From a virus: a stretch of 64,000 bases of DNA. Of the stretch, positions 36,835-45,929 are shown in pieces (position 1 is the stretch's first letter; every line of letters starts with the position of its first letter). The DNA is taken from the IMG/VR virus record IMGVR_UViG_3300044959_000131, positions 32,001 to 96,000 of that record. One strand, given 5' to 3'. A program made the translations under genes and the position numbers. The notes beneath the pieces are model-generated. The model made no database searches, was not told the DNA's origin, and was given only the letters and a program-made list of their open reading frames with translations.

Positions 36835-37497
36835 TCAACAGGCTTTGGGCCGGTCGAATGTAGGTAGTTTCTTCAACATTTTGTCTACTTCTTCGTAGAG
36901 CTGAGACAGAGATCCAGTATTGTTGATGGTGTAGTCGAAGTCATCATCGGTCAATGACTTCTGCTCTTCTTCAGATGAGTGTCCTTTCAGACCTACAAGG
37001 CCAATAGCACCTGGCCTAAGAACTCGGACTACGAAACCGTTTGTCCTCCTACGAATTTTATCGACCTCGTTCTTGAATCGAACATCTGAGAAGACGACTC
37101 CTTGTCTATTTCGAGACATGAGGCTTCTCCACCAGCTAGGCTTCGATACGCCTTTCTTCGGGTCGTAGTGCATGCCACGAGACAAGATGTCGTCTGCGAC
37201 TTTGAGGCCGTAATTTATCCACGTATCAAGGTACAGCGAACGGCCCCACTCTGTCCCAAGAGTCTGTAACGCAACTCTAGGAGATAGATATCCCTTCCCG
37301 GTTGGGTATCTGAAGTCTGGTGAGTTTCTCATGTCAGGCGGACCCCACAACTGCAAATCGCTGAAGCCGTATACTTCTTTGCAGATTCGCTTGAGTGGGT
37401 CTGCGAGTGCAACCTTCACGAAACGATACTTTTTGACGAGGTAGTCGGCGATTGTGTCCTTGCCGGAACCAGATTGTCCGAGAATTCCAATAATCAC
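36835..37497 (-). CDS. Deoxynucleoside monophosphate kinase (T4 gp1-like)
   Basis: IIGILGQSGSGKDT Walker A; LADPLK; PRVALQTLGTEWGR; SDVRFKNE; TINNTGS. Confidence 0.9.
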   Translation of the reverse strand: MIIGILGQSGSGKDTIADYLVKKYRFVKVALADPLKRICKEVYGFSDLQLWGPPDMRNSPDFRYPTGKGYLSPRVALQTLGTEWGRSLYLDTWINYGLKVADDILSRGMHYDPKKGVSKPSWWRSLMSRNRQGVVFSDVRFKNEVDKIRRRTNGFVVRVLRPGAIGLVGLKGHSSEEEQKSLTDDDFDYTINNTGSLSQLYEEVDKMLKKLPTFDRPKAC

Positions 37498-37499
37498 TC

Positions 37500-38084
37500 C
37501 TACCTCCTGAACGGGTTCCGCAAAGTCGACTGATTTACCTGATTTGCCACTGTCTCCACTCTTCGCATCCTCTCGATGTCTTGACCGCGCTGAGTGATCC
37601 TTCTCGATACCGTTTCCCAGGAACGTTGCGCCATCTCCTTTAGAGATTTCAGTACGTTGTACCTTGTGAAGTGGAACAAGTACTTTGAGTGTGCGGCAGA
37701 GACACGGACATCGTTTCTCATGGCGTCCGTCTTGTCCTGGACTGTCATCCTTCCATCATGGTGAGCTTTGAGAGCAATGCGCACGCTGGATTGGATGAAC
37801 TCAAGCTGAGCCTTGGCTACTTCGAGTTCACTTTCGGCCTTGGCGAATTCAGCCCCAATGAACCCGCACCAGTTACTGAGCTGCTGTAGAAGATCTCCAA
37901 GTTCATCATCTCCAAGATCCGTAAGTGACGCCGGAATTGTTCCGTTGAATCCATTCTGAGGCTTTGATGGCAAAACGATACCGGATTCGTAGAGTGAGCG
38001 CATTGCGTCTTCGATCACATCAAGTTGCTTCAGGCCAGTATCTGGGTCGATAGTAGTCAGGTTCAGAGAACCGAGAGTTGGCAC
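37500..38084 (-). CDS. Helical protein, possibly a UvsY-like recombination mediator
   Basis: Long amphipathic helices with G.MTVQDK..AM.ND...Y...YNVLKSL...WETVSRRIT, reminiscent of UvsY. Lies in the recombination cluster. Confidence 0.4.
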   Translation of the reverse strand: MPTLGSLNLTTIDPDTGLKQLDVIEDAMRSLYESGIVLPSKPQNGFNGTIPASLTDLGDDELGDLLQQLSNWCGFIGAEFAKAESELEVAKAQLEFIQSSVRIALKAHHDGRMTVQDKTDAMRNDVRVSAAHSKYLFHFTRYNVLKSLKEMAQRSWETVSRRITQRGQDIERMRRVETVANQVNQSTLRNPFRR

Positions 38085-38098
38085 AGTTTCCTCACTAT

Positions 38099-38989
38099 TT
38101 ATTTCTTGGCTGGTGTCGAATTCTTTGTCAGCGCCGCGTATGCATCACAGTCATAGACATACGGGCACTGATTACAGTGGAAGCCGGTCGTTGCAGGAGG
38201 CGGAGTCTTCGATTCGAAGTGACTTTTCAGAAGACGAGCTTTCCCTTCAATGACCGCCCATAGTTCAGGATCAAACTCCACTGGGAAGTCAGCGATGTTC
38301 GAGTCATTCTTATTGAAGTAGAGGTATACGACGACCGGCCTGTTAAGGGCCGCAGCATATACCATTGCCTGAAACTTGTGCTCAGGCTTTGGTCTTGTAA
38401 GCTTCTCGAAGCCGCTGGAGTTAATGCTCTTGTATTCATGCACCAGACCGACTTCGTAGATGTATGGTGAGTCAGGTATGTCGTCGATGATGAGGATGTT
38501 TTCTGCGTCTGCGTGACCTTCAATCATGAGACTTTCTGAGAGCTCTTGTAGGTCCTTAGAAAGTCTCACTTCGTGGTAGTACTCGGGCCCCCAAGCGCCC
38601 ATTCTTCCATAGCTCTGGAGCATGTCGTGTATCGCGTGCCCCAGATCGAAGATGAGCATTGTTCTGGCCTCGATCTTCTCTTGGCCCTCTTTGCCTATCA
38701 TCTCGTTGTACGTCTTTAGAAGGCACGGATGAGGGAGTTGAGATGGATGGATTCCTGGCAGTCTTGGTTCGGTCGGAATCCACCCACGCTTGTCACAAAC
38801 TGGGCAAGGTCTCCATTTTGAGTCCTCGTTGTGTATTGTCTTTTTCTTGTTGTCCGACCACTTTTCTTTCAGGAACTTGTAGAGTCGGTCCTTCAGCTTG
38901 ATGTGCTGGAGGATGATTGGCCTCATCGCTTTGTCGAGCTCCATCCACTGATCAATTGTGTGGAGCTTGACTATTTTCTTGGCTGTCAA
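38099..38989 (-). CDS. Cas4-like PD-(D/E)XK exonuclease
   Basis: IHPSQL..PC, GHAIHD, GHAD...EYKS, QAMVY and C-terminal CNQCPYVYDC. Confidence 0.85.
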   Translation of the reverse strand: MTAKKIVKLHTIDQWMELDKAMRPIILQHIKLKDRLYKFLKEKWSDNKKKTIHNEDSKWRPCPVCDKRGWIPTEPRLPGIHPSQLPHPCLLKTYNEMIGKEGQEKIEARTMLIFDLGHAIHDMLQSYGRMGAWGPEYYHEVRLSKDLQELSESLMIEGHADAENILIIDDIPDSPYIYEVGLVHEYKSINSSGFEKLTRPKPEHKFQAMVYAAALNRPVVVYLYFNKNDSNIADFPVEFDPELWAVIEGKARLLKSHFESKTPPPATTGFHCNQCPYVYDCDAYAALTKNSTPAKK

Positions 38990-39327
38990 GATTGATTCCT
39001 CGTATCAGAATTCTGGCTACGCAAGTCCAAGTATTCCTGCCAATCAATCACGGCGAATCTCTTTGGCGGATTCCCTTGGAACTCGATTTGGAACGCCCAT
39101 CCCTCCATACCACCCATTACGGCTTCAGCCCTGATCTTCTCAAGGTCGGCCAACTGTAATCGGTAGGACTTGGCAGAGGTTGTCTTGCACTCCAATCTCA
39201 TGTCACCTGCTTTTCGAGCGTCGCTTTTGTAGAACTCTGGTGCGCCTGACCCTGGCTGTACTCTTCCGCCGATGTCTATTGCGGCGCGTCTTTCTTGAAG
39301 CTGACTTTTTCTTCGATTTCTGTTCAT
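38986..39327 (-). CDS. Hjc-like PD-(D/E)XK Holliday junction resolvase
   Basis: QERRAA...GGRVQPGSGA...KSD...LECKTT...FQIEF. ATG 39327 follows AGGAG. Confidence 0.75.
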   Translation of the reverse strand: MNRNRRKSQLQERRAAIDIGGRVQPGSGAPEFYKSDARKAGDMRLECKTTSAKSYRLQLADLEKIRAEAVMGGMEGWAFQIEFQGNPPKRFAVIDWQEYLDLRSQNSDTRNQS

Positions 39328-39601
39328 CAACTAGTCTCCTCACATGCGATTCAATCTGCCGATTGACGTCAAAAAGTACCGCCCCTGGCATCCTCTTGTG
39401 CGACGAGAACGTCTTCCTTCCGCATTCGACCATCAAGGCGAATTCATCCGTCTTGAGGCTATGCTGCATGGTAACGAACACCTTCTCCCCAGAGGCGACA
39501 GACAATCTCGTCGCATTTTTAGCCAGCATCGAGAACTGCTTCTCCAAGTACCGGTTACGCTCTGGCGCCTTCGGGGAGAAGGTGAATGATGTCTTCATCA
39601 T
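39203..39601 (-). CDS. Hypothetical basic protein whose Arg-rich tail overlaps the resolvase gene
   Basis: Fills the gap between recA and the resolvase. The first ~95 aa look protein-like. Overlap with the resolvase is 125 nt. Confidence 0.5.
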   Translation of the reverse strand: MMKTSFTFSPKAPERNRYLEKQFSMLAKNATRLSVASGEKVFVTMQHSLKTDEFALMVECGRKTFSSHKRMPGAVLFDVNRQIESHVRRLVDEQKSKKKSASRKTRRNRHRRKSTARVRRTRVLQKRRSKSR

Positions 39602-39607
39602 ATACTT

Positions 39608-40903
39608 CTACTTCCAGTTGTTGTACTTGATGTCGATTCCGACTTTCCTGAAGCAGGCCTCACGGATGTAGTTCATGTATGTGTTACCATCTCCGGCTTT
39701 GCTCTTTTCGATGACGTCATCCTTGAGGGCTTTGATGAAGGCGTCCTTTCCTTGGGCACGTACAAGGTACTTACTATCGTCGAATGGGTCTCTGACACCG
39801 AGCCACGCACCCGATTGTTCGATGACGCCGTGAGTAACTCCAGCGACTAGTGTGTCGAGGAAAAAGTCAAAGTTGCTCGTATCGTACAAGAATACGAACT
39901 TACCTTTACCTCCTTCGTGCATCCCGGCCTTGCCCTTTACAATCTTCCAGTTCACTTCCTTCCCGTATGGAATGAACTGCTGCTTCCATCCAGCAGGCGT
40001 GTAAACGGCTTGATCATTACCGAGCATCGTTCCGGACTCGACGTACAAATCGACCAACTTGGCGTGCTCTAGTGCATTACCTCCAGGTGCTTTGTACGGC
40101 GCGTTCGGGTCTTTGATGTTGTCTCGGACCTGGTTGATTCCAATGATGCAGGTGTCCCGGACATCGCCCCAGTCCGTTTCCATCGTCAGCATGTTTGTTA
40201 GCTTCTTGAGGAACATGGTGTTTGGGGCTGACGTTCCACCGTACGTCTTATCGTGAACTGACTCGTTCTCTTGCTCTGCGTTTGCCAGAGCGTTTCCGAT
40301 GCTGTCGATGATGATGAGGTGGTATGTGTTCTGCTCTACCGCCCGTAGAATCACGTCGTAGAAGTCTTCAGCCGCCATTGCGTGAAGCTCGTGAATGGTC
40401 CCAATCTGAGGGAACAGTTCATCGGCTTCCTTGCGGGTGAGTGGCTTCTCTCCCTTCATCATCCTCCCTTCGTTCAGGGCGTAGAGTTCATCGTCACCGA
40501 GGTGGATCTGAACCCCCACTTTTCGTGCCTGGGATCGGTCGGCAGGAATTTCCGTCATCGCCAACAGGACCATCAGGTTGTCACCGATGAAGTGCTGGAG
40601 CTGGCGAACGCATTGCCACGCAAGAAGTGTCTTTCCTGCGTTCCTGCGACCGATGATTTGACTGATTCCACCGCACGGAAAACCTCCACGGAGCTCGATG
40701 TCTAGAGTCAAAAGACCCGTCGGCACCCTCTTGGTGGACCATGGAAGAACGTATTCCGAAGCGGGCTTCAGGATCGCACGGCCCCTCATCTTCTTGTTCA
40801 CTTCGTCCATCAAAGCAGCGGCACGTTCTGCCCTGCTCAGAGGAGCCCCATCCTTTTGGTTTTTGACAGACTTTTCCTCTTCAGCCTTCTTCTTGGCCGC
40901 CAT
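39608..40903 (-). CDS. recA: RecA-family recombinase
   Basis: VPTGLLTLDIELRGGFP, Walker A GRRNAGKT, IIIDSI, INQVRDNI, PGGNALEH. Confidence 0.92.
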   Translation of the reverse strand: MAAKKKAEEEKSVKNQKDGAPLSRAERAAALMDEVNKKMRGRAILKPASEYVLPWSTKRVPTGLLTLDIELRGGFPCGGISQIIGRRNAGKTLLAWQCVRQLQHFIGDNLMVLLAMTEIPADRSQARKVGVQIHLGDDELYALNEGRMMKGEKPLTRKEADELFPQIGTIHELHAMAAEDFYDVILRAVEQNTYHLIIIDSIGNALANAEQENESVHDKTYGGTSAPNTMFLKKLTNMLTMETDWGDVRDTCIIGINQVRDNIKDPNAPYKAPGGNALEHAKLVDLYVESGTMLGNDQAVYTPAGWKQQFIPYGKEVNWKIVKGKAGMHEGGKGKFVFLYDTSNFDFFLDTLVAGVTHGVIEQSGAWLGVRDPFDDSKYLVRAQGKDAFIKALKDDVIEKSKAGDGNTYMNYIREACFRKVGIDIKYNNWK

Positions 40904-40930
40904 GACACTCCTCTTAAGTTTGTGTGATGA

Positions 40931-41107
40931 CTACTTCACTCTGATAGGAGGACGCTTTTCGAATGGCTCAGTACCACAGTTTGGACACCACATGAGGAAC
41001 TGGCTGTTCTCAATGCACTCCTCGCCGCATCTGGGACAGATCAATGTTTTCTTCGTTGAAGCTGTCTTTACTGCTTCGTCTTCGTAGACGACTCCGAGCT
41101 TCTCCAC
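40931..41107 (-). CDS. 58-aa Zn-ribbon protein with a KTAS motif (missing from the ORF track)
   Basis: AGGAGG RBS, then GTG: MEKLGVVYEDEAVKTASTKKTLICPRCGEECIENSQFLMWCPNCGTEPFEKRPPIRVK, ending at TAG 40931-33. Confidence 0.85.
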   Translation of the reverse strand: MEKLGVVYEDEAVKTASTKKTLICPRCGEECIENSQFLMWCPNCGTEPFEKRPPIRVK

Positions 41108-41352
41108 TTTGACCTCCTACTTGACTTGAATCGAACTCTCACTCTTGGACCCACTTTTTGTTTACCACCGAAGTACGACATTGGGCCGACGACTGTCGGT
41201 GTCAGTGTACCGAACGCCCTCAGTTTGACAGGTTCTCCATCTTTGAGAGCGTCCGACATCTCGGACAGTAGCATGTTGAAAATGCGTGCTACGAGAGACT
41301 TATGAATGCCCGATTTCTTCGCTACGGACTCTATTAGTTCGACCGAAGTCAT
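41068..41352 (-). CDS. HU/IHF-like histone-like DNA-binding protein
   Basis: MTSVELIESVAKKSG...ALKDGEPVKLRAFGTL...VRFKSS. Confidence 0.85.
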   Translation of the reverse strand: MTSVELIESVAKKSGIHKSLVARIFNMLLSEMSDALKDGEPVKLRAFGTLTPTVVGPMSYFGGKQKVGPRVRVRFKSSRRSKWRSSESSTKTKQ

Positions 41353-41367
41353 CTTCCAATCAAGTGC

Positions 41368-43356
41368 CTACTTGGCAGCTGCCCACGAGTACCCATCTCC
41401 AACTTCTGCTGGCAGTGGGACACGAAGCGGAGTATCGAATGGGTTTTCCATGAGTTCCTTCGCCCTCTGTTTGACCTTTTCAACGGTCTGAGGGTCATCT
41501 GGGCACTCCCAGATGAGCTCGTCATGGATCTGAAGCAGTAGCTTCGCTCCGAGCTCATTCATGATAGGATCATGCTCAGATGCGATCATTACCACCTTTG
41601 CGATGTCGGCTGCGCTCCCTTGGATGATCGAGTTTACGCCCTGACGCTCGGCTTGACTTCGGTCCTTTGGAGACATTGATTTTAAGTCTCCAAACCTGCG
41701 ATAGCGTCCGGTTATTGTTTGAACGTATCCGTTCTTATACATGAACTCGTGGGTCGCTTGGATGTACCTTCTAACGCCTGGGAAGACGTTGAACCATTTC
41801 TCAATGAGCTGAAATCCCTCTTCCTCGGTAACGACCTTATTCATCTTGGCCGCGGCAGCAGCCTGTGTAAGACCGATCGCTAGACGCTTCCCTCCGATGC
41901 CGTAGATGATTCCGAAACCAGTTGCCTTGGCAGATTGCCTCATGAACAAGAGCTCTTTCTCCCGTTCTGTAAGCTCTCTTCCAAGACTTCCCTTCTTGTG
42001 TTGCTTCTCAGCCTTCACGGCTCCAATGACCTCGTCGTACGGGATGCCGTGAATTTCGGCGACCGTAAGACAGTGCAGGTCGATTCCGTCGTGAATGGCC
42101 TGGATCATCTTCTCATCGCCAGAGAAGTGAGCCATGAGCCTCATCTCAAGCTGGGAATAGTCAGCGACGATGAGACGCTGTCCAGCTCCAGCAATGAATG
42201 CCTCTCGTATGACGAACTCATCTTCAGAAGCACGGGGTATGTTCTGAAGATTTGGGTCCGAAGATGAGAGTCGACCTGTTACGGTTCCGTGTTGATTCAG
42301 AGTCGAGTGAATTCGATGGTTGTCATCAATCCAGCTCTGAAGACCGACGACGTAGGTGCCATAAATCTTGGATATACCTCTATACCTCAGCATGAGCTGA
42401 GCCCAAGGATCCCCATCGTCGGCCCACTTCTCTAAGACGTCAGAGTCGGTCGAGGGCTTTTTAACTCCCGTCCTACCGCCCTTCGTCATTTTCACAACCT
42501 TCTTCTGAAGGTGATCGATGAAGAACCAACGAATGTCGTTCGTCGAGTTAAGGTTTATTGGTCTTCCAGCTTCCTTCGCAAACTCCTTGTCGATTCGAAG
42601 CATCTCCTTCTCCATCGGAGCTTGTAGCTCTCGGAGATAGCCTCCATCGACCGTGATACCTCGGCGCTCCATTTTGTAGAGCACCTTCGTGAATGGGACT
42701 TCGATTTCGTAGAACAGCTCGTACAACCCAGCTTTCTTCAGAAGCTTGTCGAAGTGCCTTCTAAGCATCGTTGAGTTGTAGGCATCTAGGCTGGCGTAAT
42801 CTACTGCCGCCATCCTCTTTTCTGGGTCGTCGAACGCCTCGCGAATGAGCTCGCCAGTTGTCTTGACTATTGGATTTGTCTTCGTTCTTCTATGGACCTT
42901 GCCGAATGTTTGTTCGAAAGTTGGAGTTACGCGGCCAAAATGGTCTTGGACGCATTCCTTAAGACCGTGACGGCCTTGGTTGTTCTCATTCAGCATCCAC
43001 GACTGAATCATCGTGTCGCACCACCGGCCTGCTTTGGTCAGGTCGATTCCGGTGTTGGCAAACATGTGAGCGTCGAACTTTGCGTTCGTGAAATCGAAGT
43101 TGATTTCAGGATTTTCGAGAATCGGCTCCTTGAACAATGGTAGCAACGATGCTGGTAGGCAGATGCGATGAATGCCGTCCGATAACGACCACACTACAAC
43201 GACGTCTTTATGTCGAACGAGACCAGTTGTCTCTGAGTCAATTCCAAGAGAGCCTTGTGTCTTATGACTCTTCTGGAAATACTCTATCCACTTCAGTGCC
43301 TCTTCTTCAGTGTCGACGAGATGGCCAGCAGGAATGCTGAGATCGAAGCCTTGCAT
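41368..43356 (-). CDS. polA: Family A DNA polymerase with a 3'-5' exonuclease domain (no 5'-3' exonuclease)
   Basis: GIDSETTGL, DYASLDA, TVTGRLSSSDPNLQNIP, ADYSQLEMR, AKATGFGIIYG, QIHDEL. Start placed at ATG 43356 because the region up to 43437 contains a terminator. Confidence 0.95.
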   Translation of the reverse strand: MQGFDLSIPAGHLVDTEEEALKWIEYFQKSHKTQGSLGIDSETTGLVRHKDVVVVWSLSDGIHRICLPASLLPLFKEPILENPEINFDFTNAKFDAHMFANTGIDLTKAGRWCDTMIQSWMLNENNQGRHGLKECVQDHFGRVTPTFEQTFGKVHRRTKTNPIVKTTGELIREAFDDPEKRMAAVDYASLDAYNSTMLRRHFDKLLKKAGLYELFYEIEVPFTKVLYKMERRGITVDGGYLRELQAPMEKEMLRIDKEFAKEAGRPINLNSTNDIRWFFIDHLQKKVVKMTKGGRTGVKKPSTDSDVLEKWADDGDPWAQLMLRYRGISKIYGTYVVGLQSWIDDNHRIHSTLNQHGTVTGRLSSSDPNLQNIPRASEDEFVIREAFIAGAGQRLIVADYSQLEMRLMAHFSGDEKMIQAIHDGIDLHCLTVAEIHGIPYDEVIGAVKAEKQHKKGSLGRELTEREKELLFMRQSAKATGFGIIYGIGGKRLAIGLTQAAAAAKMNKVVTEEEGFQLIEKWFNVFPGVRRYIQATHEFMYKNGYVQTITGRYRRFGDLKSMSPKDRSQAERQGVNSIIQGSAADIAKVVMIASEHDPIMNELGAKLLLQIHDELIWECPDDPQTVEKVKQRAKELMENPFDTPLRVPLPAEVGDGYSWAAAK

Positions 43357-43386
43357 TTCGCTCTCTTTTGAACGTGTGTTCAGTAC

Positions 43387-43428
43387 AAAACAAAGAGGTC
43401 CCCTATCTGTGGACAGATAGGGGACCTC
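43387..43428 (-). terminator. Rho-independent terminator/attenuator between the SSB and polA genes
   Basis: Perfect 15-bp stem GAGGTCCCCTATCTG (43395-409) / CAGATAGGGGACCTC (43414-28), followed on the - strand by TTTGTTTT. Confidence 0.85.
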
Positions 43429-43437
43429 CTTACTCAC

Positions 43438-44853
43438 TTACTTACTGAAGTTTGGCTTGAACGGTGGCTGGAAAGGCTGTGGTCCAGGAACGTTCGTCAG
43501 AGTCTGCGATGGATTGTATGGAGCGTACTGAGGCGCGGCAGCCGGCTGCTGCGGAGAGTACGGCACATATGGCGCGTATTGCTGCTGGATAGGCGCTCCT
43601 TGTACCTGTTGAGGCATTCCCATCGCGTTGGGTGGTACGAATGGAGAGTAGGCGCTGACTTGTGGTGCGCCGAGTTGAGGTAGGTTGAGCTCCAGTCTCT
43701 TCGCCTGTTCTTCGAGAGATCTTGGCCTGAAGATATTGTCGAAGTCGAATGGCTCGGACAGCTCCTCGATGACGTCTTGGACGCTCTTACCGCCCAACAG
43801 CTGTTGGATGTGAGGCGGCAACGTCCTCTGGAACTCTTCAATAGTTTGGAATTGCTGTAGGAACAGCTGGCTTTGAGTCCCTTCTCCCTGCCTCTTCCCC
43901 CACAGGACGACGTCCTTGAGTCCGAGTTGAGAGAACTGTCGACCAGCACTGGCGCACATCTCGCAGCTCACGACCTCTTTTAGCCAGACTCTCTTCTGGC
44001 ACTTCAAGCAGACGTATGGCTTCGCGGCCACCATCTCGAGCTCTTTGTCGCTGCGAGGATCCGTGGCAAGGTCGATGAGTACGCTACCGCACTGAGAGCA
44101 GTTATATGACTCTCTCGTGAGCTGCTGCGAGCATCGAGCGATCAGTTGCCCCTGTTGGTTGTAAATCAGTGCGCTGCACTGACTCGAAATCTGAAGATCC
44201 CACGCCTGAAGATTGGCGAGGTGGTTCTTACCGACTTCGATGTACCGTCTGTGCCCGAATTCCGTTGTGATGTCGTTCGGGTTGTATGGGAATGATTCCC
44301 CATGTTGTAGTACAGGGGGCTGGCCCGACTTTACCCGGCAGAAGTTGCAAGTCCGACCCTCGCACTCCGAGTAGGTGAAAACAGGACCGGAGTTGTCCTG
44401 CCTCATCCGTACCTGTCCGGTTTTGTAGTCGATGTACGGGTGGCGGTGATAAGGCGTCAGGTGAACGATACCGAAAGCGAATCTTTCAGACCTTGTTACT
44501 GATTTATCTCCCATGTCCTGAGCCATGCATCCGGCGCAGGGCTTTGGGTTGTGAGGGTCGTGTCCTTGTGAGCATGTCTCTTTCGGGAAGTACTCTTTCC
44601 CGTTCTTGAAAATCTTCCTCGTGTGCTGCTGGAACTTGAAGAAGATGTTTTTGACAGGAAGTGGCTTTCCATCCGGACCGAACTCGACGGTCTCAGGCGG
44701 CGGATTCGGGTCGATGTATTCTGCGTTGATGATGACGAATGGGGTGGCGTTTCCGTGTGGCAATCGGTAGTTGTCGTACCATCCACCTCCTCCACCACCG
44801 CCCTTCGGCTTTTGCTGCGAGTTGGCCATTGCACTGCGACGGAACTGATTCAT
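43438..44853 (-). CDS. gp32-like single-stranded DNA-binding protein with multiple CxxC pairs and a Pro/Gln-rich tail
   Basis: FFKFQQH...GKEYF..TCS......PCAGC resembles T4 gp32-type SSB. Sits between primase and polA. AGGAG RBS. Confidence 0.6.
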   Translation of the reverse strand: MNQFRRSAMANSQQKPKGGGGGGGWYDNYRLPHGNATPFVIINAEYIDPNPPPETVEFGPDGKPLPVKNIFFKFQQHTRKIFKNGKEYFPKETCSQGHDPHNPKPCAGCMAQDMGDKSVTRSERFAFGIVHLTPYHRHPYIDYKTGQVRMRQDNSGPVFTYSECEGRTCNFCRVKSGQPPVLQHGESFPYNPNDITTEFGHRRYIEVGKNHLANLQAWDLQISSQCSALIYNQQGQLIARCSQQLTRESYNCSQCGSVLIDLATDPRSDKELEMVAAKPYVCLKCQKRVWLKEVVSCEMCASAGRQFSQLGLKDVVLWGKRQGEGTQSQLFLQQFQTIEEFQRTLPPHIQQLLGGKSVQDVIEELSEPFDFDNIFRPRSLEEQAKRLELNLPQLGAPQVSAYSPFVPPNAMGMPQQVQGAPIQQQYAPYVPYSPQQPAAAPQYAPYNPSQTLTNVPGPQPFQPPFKPNFSK

Positions 44854-44864
44854 TTGTATGTCTC

Positions 44865-45929
44865 CTAAGATGTGTATTGCTGCCTCCGAAGAGGTCCTTG
44901 ATATACGAATTGAGTTGATGACAACACCATTTCTCGAAGTTGCTCTAACGGGTAATCGTCAGGTTGTGTATTGTTGTGGTGTATAGGGTATTGAAGAACC
45001 TTCACTCTCCCGTACATCGGTTTCCAGAGAAGATTTCCTACCCGTTGCGTAGCCCTCCTTCCAGCCTCGTCGTTGTCGAAACATAGTACCACGGTTCCGC
45101 CGAGACGGTGAATTAATCTTTGCTGTCGCTCCGATAAGTAACTTCCCATCGCAGCAACCGTGTTCTTGAACCCAGCTTGAATCATCCACAAACAAGCTTT
45201 GAATCCTTCGACGATGTAGACCGTGTCATCTTGGTCTGACATCTCGACGATCCTTGGAAACACTCGATTGAAGTTCCACAGGAAGTCATGGTTTTCGCAT
45301 TTGTAGCCAGGGTACTGTTCATCGAACCATTTACCGAAGTCGCCTTCGATCCACAGTGAGCCTCGGCGGTGACCACCCTGGTATACCTTGTACTTCGGAT
45401 ACTGTCCCTCCTGTGTCGCGCCCCCAGAGATGCCAGCGAGATTCCCGTAGACATCTCTCAGTGGGTACGTGATGCGATTGTTTTTCCTATCGAACCCGAT
45501 CTCCATGTCCTGCAAAAGGTTCGGGTCGAACCCTTTTTGGACGAGCTGTAGAGGCATCCAATCAAAGACTCCCAGTATTGCCTCTGGCAGTACGTAGTCG
45601 GCCTTGAATGGATCCTTATCCGAGAAGAAGTTATCGATATTTGATTTGTAGATCTCCCTTTGACGTTCTAACTCAGGTCCGATGACGGCGAGTTCTGCGT
45701 CGATTGTTGCTCTTTGTACACCGAGTAGCCTGAGAAGTCGTCTCAGGTCTCCGCTTTCATGGCACGCAAAGCAGTTGAAGATTCCTCCTTTCACGAAGTT
45801 AACGCCGAACGACGGATTCGTTTCCTGCCCGCCTTTGTGGAACGGACATCTGCAGACGATGTTGTTCCCACTTACCTTGAACGGTCCTGGCAAGTATCGT
45901 CCAAGCAAGGCAAGGATCTGGTCTTTCAT
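44865..45929 (-). CDS. dnaG: DNA primase (CHC2 Zn finger plus Toprim)
   Basis: CPFHK...PSF...FNCFAC; IVEGF; VLCFDNDEAG. Confidence 0.92.
   Translation of the reverse strand: MKDQILALLGRYLPGPFKVSGNNIVCRCPFHKGGQETNPSFGVNFVKGGIFNCFACHESGDLRRLLRLLGVQRATIDAELAVIGPELERQREIYKSNIDNFFSDKDPFKADYVLPEAILGVFDWMPLQLVQKGFDPNLLQDMEIGFDRKNNRITYPLRDVYGNLAGISGGATQEGQYPKYKVYQGGHRRGSLWIEGDFGKWFDEQYPGYKCENHDFLWNFNRVFPRIVEMSDQDDTVYIVEGFKACLWMIQAGFKNTVAAMGSYLSERQQRLIHRLGGTVVLCFDNDEAGRRATQRVGNLLWKPMYGRVKVLQYPIHHNNTQPDDYPLEQLREMVLSSTQFVYQGPLRRQQYTS

Noticed and set aside
43357-43437. 27-aa N-terminal extension of polA from GTG 43437
   Set aside because: The region is a perfect terminator hairpin and that GTG has no RBS; ATG 43356 is preferred.
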